DNA from: a virus
Taxonomy: Duplodnaviria; Caudoviricetes
Virus record (IMG/VR): IMGVR_UViG_3300020045_001776
Coordinates: 1 to 38,891 of that record
Length of the DNA: 38,891 nucleotides
Reading direction: 5' to 3' (one strand)
Position numbers and translations under genes: made by a program. This document shows, one piece after another, positions 17,434-24,883 of the stretch. A model generated the notes under the pieces. That model had not been told where the DNA came from. It worked only from the letters and a program-made list of their open reading frames with translations, and searched no databases. Within the stretch, counting starts at the first letter, position 1. Every line of letters starts with the position of its first letter.

Positions 17434-17849
17434 AGTGATGCAGCCAAAGTAAACAACTCGTCTAGCTTATTGCTATCAAGCTGCAAACCTGATGCCAAAG
17501 CTTGAACTAAGCCAGATTCCCGCTGCACAGTGGCCCTGAATTCCCATTCAATCTGAGCGGCACGGTCCAAACTAGAAATGCTAATCTCAACAGGCTCCAA
17601 CAAGTTAAGCTGATGTAGCGCTAGTCGTGCCTGAACCATAGTTACTATAGTAGGAATAACAGGCTCAGGCACAGGTGCATCTGTAAGCACTGGATTGCCA
17701 TTTATATCAGCAGAAATTACTTTGCCATTTGATTGGCCTTGCAACAATTCAAAATGTTGCTCAATCGTAATTTCAACTGCATCCAATGGAATATTTGAAC
17801 CATGAATTTCAGAAGAATAAAAACCGCCAGTAGATTTTGAGTAAAACAT
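17430..17849 (-). CDS. tail fibre assembly-like protein
   Basis: MFYSKSTGGFY..EIHG..IP.DAVEIT.EQH.ELL.GQ..GKVI; follows fibre gene. Confidence 0.75.
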   Translation of the reverse strand: MFYSKSTGGFYSSEIHGSNIPLDAVEITIEQHFELLQGQSNGKVISADINGNPVLTDAPVPEPVIPTIVTMVQARLALHQLNLLEPVEISISSLDRAAQIEWEFRATVQRESGLVQALASGLQLDSNKLDELFTLAASL

Positions 17850-17858
17850 TTTTATTCC

Positions 17859-18494
17859 TTAGTATCCGATTGCAATCCAGTAAAAATCAGTCGTAATTGT
17901 GCTTGCAATCGGAGCAGCGCCAACTGTGTTTGATGATATTGCAGACAAAAAAGAACTTAAACCAGGGTTTAATGCCTGACCAAATGCATAGTTACCAGTT
18001 AATTCAGAAACATTACATGTGATTGAATAAACTTGGGTTGTAAAAGATATTGGAAAATTTATAGTTCCACCAGATACTCCAACATAGTTGGATTTACCCC
18101 ACTGAATAATTAAACCACTTGGAAGTTTCTGATATCCATTTGCTGCAAGTGATTTAACAAATCCACTCATTAAACCAGCAGGATGAATTGCACGAGTATT
18201 ATCAGTGCCAGCCAAAGTCTCTACTGATGTTGCAAGCTCAACAATACCTTTTACGGTTTCGCTAGCGTCAGGCGTAAGCACAGAAAGCGCAGTACTTTTC
18301 TCTGTAGTACCTTGGCGAACTAAAAACAGATCAGCGCCACTCAAAGAAGTTGCAGCCGTCAAGTCAGCCAAAGATACTTTGGTAGCTGCCAGCTTACTGA
18401 TAATAGTTGGCTCACTCGAAGCCAATGACAAAATAGCCGCTTGCTGTGCTATTAGTGCCCGAGTCTGGGCTTCCTCAGTCGTTGTTAAGGCCAT
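17859..18494 (-). CDS. short tail fibre protein (gp53-like C-terminal domain)
   Basis: ASETVKGIVELAT repeat motif; NGYQKLPSGLIIQWG...FPISF...YWIAIGY. Confidence 0.85.
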   Translation of the reverse strand: MALTTTEEAQTRALIAQQAAILSLASSEPTIISKLAATKVSLADLTAATSLSGADLFLVRQGTTEKSTALSVLTPDASETVKGIVELATSVETLAGTDNTRAIHPAGLMSGFVKSLAANGYQKLPSGLIIQWGKSNYVGVSGGTINFPISFTTQVYSITCNVSELTGNYAFGQALNPGLSSFLSAISSNTVGAAPIASTITTDFYWIAIGY

Positions 18495-18934
18495 TACAAT
18501 TCTCCAACTTGACGGGAATACCCGACTATTTTCACATTACTACCGCCAATAACAGGCTGATTACCATTGATTGTACCTGTTCCAAGCGTCAATGTCGCGC
18601 TTGAAATAACTTTCAAACTAGGTGCTACGCCTGACGACTTATAACCAATGGCAACTAAGTATTTATTAGGGTCTGCAATGTCAAACGCTTCAAGCCGAAT
18701 CATTGCATTTTCAGTCGTAAACAAATTTACGCCGAGATTGTCAGTAACAACGTCACGGTTAATATGCTTAAACAGACGGTTAATAATCCAATTAAGCCAC
18801 TGCGCAGGCAAAGGCTGACCACGGCTTGTCGCTGTAGCCGGTACAAAACCAGTATCCATGACTGCATCAGGAGGCTGATTTAAATTCTGTTGCCCATCTG
18901 AATAAGTGGTGAAAGTATTAGCAAAAGTAGTCAT
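18494..18934 (-). CDS. baseplate/fibre-proximal structural protein
   Basis: GFVP...GQPLPAQWLNWIINR motif typical of fibre N-termini; position. Confidence 0.6.
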   Translation of the reverse strand: MTTFANTFTTYSDGQQNLNQPPDAVMDTGFVPATATSRGQPLPAQWLNWIINRLFKHINRDVVTDNLGVNLFTTENAMIRLEAFDIADPNKYLVAIGYKSSGVAPSLKVISSATLTLGTGTINGNQPVIGGSNVKIVGYSRQVGEL

Positions 18935-19659
18935 TGGAAAACACCCGTTAAATGGTAGCCTGATTCTATTTGAGTCTGATAATTCTGAGCATGAATCACA
19001 AGAATATGACCGTTAACATCAATCAACTGATCTCCAACTGTTAACTCAGCCGGTGCAATACCACCAAAAGTAGGGCCTGTATTACTGATTGATTGTGCAG
19101 TTACTTGAATGTCTGAACCGTTTGCAGTCAAGTAATCATTTTTACCATTGACAAACAACTCACCACTTGATGAAGCCTTGGAAAACCTAAACGGCAATTC
19201 AGTATATGAAATTAACACCGGAACATCAGATATTCCAGCCGGTGCTAAGTCCTGCATTTGATGATGAATATCAACAGGAACATCAGGCCCATTAGCAAAC
19301 AAAATAGCCGTCGCCGGGTACATCTCAAGATACTGATAATCATCAGAATCAATCAAGTAACGCAACCCATCAATCAAAGCGTTAGGCGTACCCTCTGAAA
19401 TATTGACGAACACACGAAACCGAATGGCCTTACGGTATTCATCATCATCACGGCCAGCACGCAACTCACCGACGATATACCCACAGCCGTCTAGCTGCTT
19501 ACCAATGGCCGTATCAATCCAACGCTCAGTTTTGAATTCGTCAGTCGTAGCTTTGACAACATCCAAAGGCCCAACAATCGCCTCAAGCAACGCCAAAACC
19601 TTAGGCGATGCCTGAAATTGACTTGTCGCCCGTTCTAGGGCTTCGCTGACTAGGCTCAT
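18931..19659 (-). CDS. baseplate wedge protein (DUF2612-like)
   Basis: IDTAIGKQLDGCGYIVG..R.GRDDDEYR.AI; follows baseplate J. Confidence 0.8.
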   Translation of the reverse strand: MSLVSEALERATSQFQASPKVLALLEAIVGPLDVVKATTDEFKTERWIDTAIGKQLDGCGYIVGELRAGRDDDEYRKAIRFRVFVNISEGTPNALIDGLRYLIDSDDYQYLEMYPATAILFANGPDVPVDIHHQMQDLAPAGISDVPVLISYTELPFRFSKASSSGELFVNGKNDYLTANGSDIQVTAQSISNTGPTFGGIAPAELTVGDQLIDVNGHILVIHAQNYQTQIESGYHLTGVFQ

Positions 19660-21077
19660 ACGCCAACCACGCTAATCCTAGCCACATCAAACGCCGCGAT
19701 GCCAGCCCTACCAATTGCGATATTGTTTGTCGAATAGCTAGGCGTGCCGCCTTCAGTGGCGGTGATAGCAGCTTCAACCGTGATCTGACCTAGCCCAGTC
19801 GTAGCGTTATAAATAGGCCCGTAGAAACGCTGGGTAATGATGTCATCACCGACATTCAAGGTAGACCCATACGACAGCACAGCGTCAGCAATGGCCGCCT
19901 CAATGGTGCTAGTCAAAGTCTCTTCAGCGTACAGCGCATCCACAGAAACGCGAACCCATGCGAACTGAGTAACAGGACGCGAAAACTTGATTGTCTGACC
20001 GTCTCCATTATCGTCAATCACTTGACCTACCGTGTCGCCGTAAGTCTCAATGCCAGCCGGTTTCACTTCCCACAGCTTATCTAGAATGTCCTGAGTAGAC
20101 CCGCCAACAATTACAGCTTCAAGGCTATGAGGCGGCATTGAATCCACAATTTCAGTCGTGCGGTTTTCGTAGATAAACGCCGAACTAATCTCGGGCACTT
20201 CAGCCAATAAACGCGCCCGGATAGCCTTAACCGTGGCGCTACCAGTAGCCCTAACGCTAGTCGAATGACGATCCCGCAAAGCCTCGTCAGTTTCAACATT
20301 TCGGCCAGTCGCACCAGCTACCAAGTTAGACACCGAATCCCATCCAAGAATGGGACTGTCAATGATGGTCAAAGCGCCAGCCGGTAGGACGTTAGAGCCA
20401 AGTTCAATAGACGTAAAAACAGCCGGAGAACCTAGCTTAGTGATGGTTAGATTGGAATCCAATGTCAATGGAAAATCAGACACTTGATCTGCACTGTAAA
20501 CGCGCAGCTTTGAACCAGTCGCAACCGCTGTAAATTTATCAGCATCAAACGCCGCTGCAAGTCCTGCCGCGATCTCATTGGCCGTGGCACTGGCATCACT
20601 GGTGTAAGCTGCTAGCACGCCACCTGCAATAATTTGGTAAGACGTTGCATTGATAACCGTAGTCACTTCAATTTCAACATCTAACGCATTGGCACGGCTA
20701 ATCACTACATCAGAAGTAGTCGCGTATTGCTTAGTTCCAGACCGCGTAAGCACGCCAGAAGGCAACAAAGTAGACTCTGCACCGTAAACGCAAGCCGTAA
20801 CAGTCGTAGGCGTAGAGCCAAGCCTGGTAAGTCCTACAAACGCCACAGCACCATCAAGGCTAGTGCCTTCTGCACTGTACGGATACATGGCGTCATAAGT
20901 GTCGGCTAGTGTCTCTTGAATCTCATCCAGAGCAGCCGCAAAGATACCAATCATTTGACCAACCACGGCATCAGGCGATGTATTGACCGGTCCTAGCGCG
21001 TCTGTAAACCGCTGATCGTAATCAGTTTTGATGTCGGCTAGGCGCTCACGCTCAAAGCCTGTTGTATTAAGTGGCAT
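19656..21077 (-). CDS. baseplate J/gp47-like wedge protein
   Basis: AEGTSLD, GRNVETDEALRDR, PPHSLEAVIVGG, KPAGI.TYG. Confidence 0.9.
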   Translation of the reverse strand: MPLNTTGFERERLADIKTDYDQRFTDALGPVNTSPDAVVGQMIGIFAAALDEIQETLADTYDAMYPYSAEGTSLDGAVAFVGLTRLGSTPTTVTACVYGAESTLLPSGVLTRSGTKQYATTSDVVISRANALDVEIEVTTVINATSYQIIAGGVLAAYTSDASATANEIAAGLAAAFDADKFTAVATGSKLRVYSADQVSDFPLTLDSNLTITKLGSPAVFTSIELGSNVLPAGALTIIDSPILGWDSVSNLVAGATGRNVETDEALRDRHSTSVRATGSATVKAIRARLLAEVPEISSAFIYENRTTEIVDSMPPHSLEAVIVGGSTQDILDKLWEVKPAGIETYGDTVGQVIDDNGDGQTIKFSRPVTQFAWVRVSVDALYAEETLTSTIEAAIADAVLSYGSTLNVGDDIITQRFYGPIYNATTGLGQITVEAAITATEGGTPSYSTNNIAIGRAGIAAFDVARISVVGV

Positions 21078-21420
21078 TGTATGTAATCAATCCGTAAGGT
21101 GTAAGCACATCAAAATCAACATCCAAAGACCTAGCAGAGCGGTTGAAATCAAACGTAAACCGAGTAATCTTTTGAACGCCATCAACGGCCATGATTGATG
21201 CTTTCAGCGCAGCAATAGACCCAGCTAGGCTAATCTGCTTTCCTAGAATCTCAGCCGTGTAAGGCGTGCCAAATTCAGTATCTAAAAACCATTCGCCTTG
21301 CCAAAGTTTGAGCTTAATGGCTAGGTGTTGACGTACACGCTCGGCACCGTCTAAAAGCACCAGATCATTGTTGACTAGGTACAAATCATGAGTCTGCGGG
21401 TCAAGTCCTAAATCAATCAT
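21067..21420 (-). CDS. sheath initiator / gp25-like baseplate protein
   Basis: LKLWQGEWFLDTEFGTPY...ILGK...V.TPYG. Confidence 0.8.
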   Translation of the reverse strand: MIDLGLDPQTHDLYLVNNDLVLLDGAERVRQHLAIKLKLWQGEWFLDTEFGTPYTAEILGKQISLAGSIAALKASIMAVDGVQKITRFTFDFNRSARSLDVDFDVLTPYGLITYNAT

Positions 21421-21986
21421 GTAGGAGTCCCCGTATTAGACCCGCCAGGACTCACGCCACCATGTGTATGAGTAGACCCAACATTAACGCCGTTATGCGT
21501 CATAGCAGCGCCCACAATCGTGACACCCGCAGGCGCGTTAATCAGCAAAGACCCACCACCAGTCAGGCGCATAAAAGCAAAGCCGTAGAATATGGTTAAA
21601 GAGTCATTGTTGCCACTGTCACCAGCGCCAGCCGAACCCAAGTCACAAGGGATAGCGTAAGCGTCTGAGATGTCAAACCGGCGCATGTCGTCAGTACCGT
21701 CAACCGCCTGTTGCGAGAAAACCAGCAAGCATTTGTCACCCGGCAGAATTGGCCCTTTAACACCGGCAGACCCACCAGCGAATGAAGGCCAGCATATGCG
21801 AACATTTTGCAGGATTGGAAACGGTAAAACATCACCATCGGCATAACGCTTTTTAGGCGTAGGCTGCACACTAGCGCGGCCATTCGCATAGCTCACGATG
21901 ACCCCAGGCAATGACGTATTGATCTCACCCGTTTTCGAGTCAATCAATTTGCGTAGCGCGTCAATGAAGTCAATTTGTTCAGCCAT
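21417..21986 (-). CDS. baseplate spike (Gp138-like membrane-puncturing protein)
   Basis: INTSLPG.IVSY OB-fold, PGDKCLLVFSQ, RRFDISDA, C-terminal THTHGGV metal-binding tip. Confidence 0.85.
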   Translation of the reverse strand: MAEQIDFIDALRKLIDSKTGEINTSLPGVIVSYANGRASVQPTPKKRYADGDVLPFPILQNVRICWPSFAGGSAGVKGPILPGDKCLLVFSQQAVDGTDDMRRFDISDAYAIPCDLGSAGAGDSGNNDSLTIFYGFAFMRLTGGGSLLINAPAGVTIVGAAMTHNGVNVGSTHTHGGVSPGGSNTGTPT

Positions 21987-22108
21987 TTATCATATTTTAC
22001 GGCATTTGGCTATTGGTGAAAACCCCTAGTAAAAATTGTGTTTGTCTTGGTGTATCATTTGGCTGTGCTTTGGAAAGGCATGAAAAACAAATAAACCATA
22101 AGGAATTT

Positions 22109-22339
22109 ATGAAAAATCAAGCAACACAACGCCAAAAACAAGAACTTGCTCGCCGCAAAGCAATGCCTATTGCTTTGATTCAACGGCCACTTAAACACAT
22201 TGCAGAGCGCGACTTTGAAAAAGTTATCGTAAAAGGAGTTACCACTATTGTTATGGGTCCAATTTACAAAGCTGCACGAAAGTTTGCAGATTATGGAAAT
22301 GGATTGGCATTTAAAAATATTGCAATGCAAATTCAATAA
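22109..22339 (+). CDS. 76-aa basic orphan protein, antisense to late operon
   Basis: AAGGA RBS at ~22100 with ATG 22109; AT-rich; TGTATCAT -10-like element at 22051-22058. Confidence 0.65.
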   Translation: MKNQATQRQKQELARRKAMPIALIQRPLKHIAERDFEKVIVKGVTTIVMGPIYKAARKFADYGNGLAFKNIAMQIQ

Positions 22340-22367
22340 ACAAAAAGACACCCCGGAAAGACGGGGA

Positions 22368-22560
22368 CTATCAAGTAAGTGGCGGCGTTGAAGGAAACGC
22401 TAAGCAAGGACAATACAACGGAGCTTAGGGTGCTAAACCAACCTGACGGCGACAAAAGAGGTTTAACCGACTCGTTAAAAAGGGGTGTATTTGTCTGGTT
22501 GGTAGTATGCTAACCAATAGCATATAAGCTGGAATCAAGCCCAGCCCACTTACTTGATAG
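22368..22560 (+). ncRNA. expanded tRNA-like element A
   Basis: CTATCAAGTAAGTGG/CCACTTACTTGATAG stem; D-like arm GCGTT-GAAGGA-AACGC; T-like arm GCTGG-AATCAAGC-CCAGC abutting the stem. Confidence 0.6.
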
Positions 22561-22778
22561 CATGATGTAAATAAGCATATTAGCTCCACGTGCGCGGATT
22601 AATCTAAGGTGTCCAACGGCTGAAAAGCATTAGGACTGCTATCAACTATCAAGCAAGCCCTGCCATATTTTTAACGGTATGGGTAAAGTCAGGGCTTACT
22701 TGATGGTTAAGTGAGCACTACAGTAGGAATACTGCAAGATCATAGGATTGTGGGAACATGGTCGCCATCAACTTTTAC

Positions 22779-22870
22779 GGGGTGTAACGCGCAGTTGTGA
22801 TGCGCCAATCATGGCCGGGTGGATTCCAAATCCATGCGGTAAGCCGGGATCACATCCGGCCACCCCACCA
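22779..22870 (+). tRNA. non-canonical tRNA-like element, anticodon-position CCA (Trp-like), encoded 3' CCA
   Basis: GGGGTG/CACCCC-A-CCA; GCGCA-GTTGTGA-TGCGC; GTGGA-TTCCAAA-TCCAT; GCCGG-GATCACAT-CCGGC. Only 6-bp acceptor and no TTC in T loop, so not a standard tRNA. Confidence 0.5.
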
Positions 22871-22871
22871 T

Positions 22872-23798
22872 TTAAACGTAACGCAAAGTCAACTCAGACT
22901 CCCACTGAGTACCATGAGTATCTCCTTGGTGCGTCACAGCCTCGATACGAAAAAACTCCTGTTTAATCGACTTGGTGTCAAGTCGCACGTAACCACCGGG
23001 CTGCATGGTAGGCTGTAGCAGAGTGCGGCACTTATAGCCTTGAACTTCAAGTTTTTTGCCTTTATCACCACTTGCATCATCAGTGCCAAATGTTACGCGC
23101 ACGCCTTTTTGCTTTTCTGTGATGCCTTTTTTGGCTGCTGCATTTTCGCTCAGTGTCTTATGCTCTGATTCCGGTGAACCTATCAAACCGGTATCAGGCG
23201 ACAAAACGAACGCTTGCATGGCAACGGCTTTGCCTTTTTTCAGGATCTGAACTTCTCTGTTTTGCAAAGACCACTCAAGGCCCAAGTACTGGCAAGCCTT
23301 GGCCATAGCCTCCCGTGACCGGCCAACGAACGCGAAGCCGTCTGGGTATTGCTTCTGCGCTATTTCACTTGGTAGTGGTCTAACTGGCAGTCCGAACGTG
23401 GCTGCAATGTTTGATAACACTTGGCCAGCCGATACACCAGGCGCGAAGCTGAATGATGTCTTTGAATCCCGGTACTCAAGCCCGCCGTCAGACATTTCCA
23501 ATTCAGTCACCAAGTCAGCGCCTTCGCGCTTAGTGATAGCGCGGGTCACTGTACCTGTGAAGATAGTTATCTCACCAACATCGCGCCGGTATCCAGCTTT
23601 GAGAATAAGCACGTTATTGACGGTTTCAACTAGCCCCCGAGAGTCTGGGTTTAGGTTGTATATTCGGCACGTACATTGGTTGGGGTTTTCACCGCTTCCC
23701 TTTTCAATTGAGAACGAGAAACGCAAGTCGCGTATTTCCACAGCCTTTCCGTTAGGCTTGCCAACTGTCAGGGATGCTACGCGGTCAAATAGTGACAT
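22872..23798 (-). CDS. baseplate hub protein
   Basis: LRFSFSIEK, IYNLNP, LKAGY, IF.G.V, WSLQN, LSPDTGLIGSP, V.HQGDTHG.QW. Confidence 0.85.
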   Translation of the reverse strand: MSLFDRVASLTVGKPNGKAVEIRDLRFSFSIEKGSGENPNQCTCRIYNLNPDSRGLVETVNNVLILKAGYRRDVGEITIFTGTVTRAITKREGADLVTELEMSDGGLEYRDSKTSFSFAPGVSAGQVLSNIAATFGLPVRPLPSEIAQKQYPDGFAFVGRSREAMAKACQYLGLEWSLQNREVQILKKGKAVAMQAFVLSPDTGLIGSPESEHKTLSENAAAKKGITEKQKGVRVTFGTDDASGDKGKKLEVQGYKCRTLLQPTMQPGGYVRLDTKSIKQEFFRIEAVTHQGDTHGTQWESELTLRYV

Positions 23799-24233
23799 TT
23801 ACATGTCCCATGACGAAGAACCGCTATCCCACACGCTTAACCCTGAGTCCCAGATAGAACCACTAACAGCCGGTGCAGCGGTAATCACAACAGACTCAAC
23901 AGCGGTAACAACATCAGGAACAAAGTACATCAGAGAATAATCGTTCGTTCCGATAGACGTATAAAGCGCACGCGGATTCTTGTTTTTATTGTCAATGAAA
24001 TACAACTCACCGACTGGCAGGCGTGTATCTTTGAACCGTCTAATCAGTGGATAGTTCTTCACCATTTTGATGTTTTCAACGATCACCGCGCCTTCACGTT
24101 CAAACACTGAAAGGCTGAAATAGCCGAATGTCTCATTCCATAGCACGCGCAGCGTGTAGGGATTGTCTGACAAAACAACGTCAACAAGTTGGTCAGTCGT
24201 ATCGGGAAGTAATGGTATTTCTTCGAGAATCAT
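23799..24233 (-). CDS. baseplate plug-like small protein
   Basis: EIPL...V.L....Y.LRVLWN....F.LSV; position between tube initiator and hub. Confidence 0.7.
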   Translation of the reverse strand: MILEEIPLLPDTTDQLVDVVLSDNPYTLRVLWNETFGYFSLSVFEREGAVIVENIKMVKNYPLIRRFKDTRLPVGELYFIDNKNKNPRALYTSIGTNDYSLMYFVPDVVTAVESVVITAAPAVSGSIWDSGLSVWDSGSSSWDM

Positions 24234-24883
24234 TTGAAAATAGCCTTTGCAGCATTAGCAACTTTGCCACCAGCCGACGAGAGAATCGACTCATTCGGCG
24301 CAGGGTATTTTTTAAGTAGGTTATCAGATTCTGCCTTTCCTATGCTTTTCTGAGGCTCTGCCTTTTTAGCTACTTTGGTATCTGATTTAGCCGTTTTCTT
24401 AGCACTGATACCAGGAGGCAATGTCACCATTTGAGTGCTCACCAGACGGATATTCACTAGCTCCATTGTGAACTGCACCTCTTCACCAATCTGAGCATTG
24501 CGAGGGATGCTTACAGACTCAATCGCCATGTTTAAATAGATAGCGTGCTTGGTGTAAACTACCAAAGTATCACGCGCTAAATGCAGCGCACGAATGGCCT
24601 CAAAAGCCGTCTGTATGCGTGGCGAAGAAGTATCGCCGCCAAAGTATTGCCCAGAGAATTCACCGCGTAGCGGGCTATTTGTAATAACGCCTTGCAAGCG
24701 CAATTTGTCAGGCTTCTGAATGATATGGTCAGTAATAGGCGAACCAGTTTCTACCGGATTTTGCGTTACTTCATTTTTCCATTCATGCAGCTCATCAAGC
24801 GTAGCATCAAAATCAATGGATGCAATGTCGCTGAATACACTGGTGACAGCATTAACGCCACCGTAATAAAGACCCATCATCAC
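24230..24883 (-). CDS. baseplate/tail tube initiator (Dit-like)
   Basis: FDAT..E.H....VTQNPVETGS.ITDHI...P..L.LQG.IT. Confidence 0.8.
   Translation of the reverse strand: MMMGLYYGGVNAVTSVFSDIASIDFDATLDELHEWKNEVTQNPVETGSPITDHIIQKPDKLRLQGVITNSPLRGEFSGQYFGGDTSSPRIQTAFEAIRALHLARDTLVVYTKHAIYLNMAIESVSIPRNAQIGEEVQFTMELVNIRLVSTQMVTLPPGISAKKTAKSDTKVAKKAEPQKSIGKAESDNLLKKYPAPNESILSSAGGKVANAAKAIFK

Larger units (their letters stand above)
22351..22870 (+). ncRNA. structured non-coding RNA array with tRNA-like modules
   Basis: Dense hairpins (CCCCG-GAAAGA-CGGGG, GNRA loops), a 15-bp perfect and a 19-bp near-perfect closing stem sharing sequence, G-U pairs favouring + strand, 3' CCA end. Confidence 0.7.

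Noticed and set aside
17859-18494. Diversity-generating retroelement or invertible fibre segment
   Set aside because: No reverse transcriptase, invertase or template repeat seen; only an AT-richer 3' part
22351-22870. CRISPR or TIGR-type array
   Set aside because: Repeats are short, alternate in orientation and are irregularly spaced; no Cas effector or Nop-domain gene is recognisable nearby
22779-22870. tmRNA (GGGG...CCACCA ends)
   Set aside because: Only 92 nt, no G3-U70 pair, no tag ORF, no TTC T-loop; the order does not fit a permuted two-piece gene
22843-22870. attP/att site in a tRNA 3' end
   Set aside because: No integrase or repressor in the window, no second copy seen, and the site is in the middle of the baseplate module
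22748-23018. + strand ORFs 22748-22966 and 22797-23018
   Set aside because: No RBS; they overlap the tRNA-like element and run antisense to the hub gene
23299-23940. Long antisense ORFs (also 32257-32676, 28651-29091, 37301-37705 and similar)
   Set aside because: Shadow frames opposite well-supported structural genes, with no RBS or motifs
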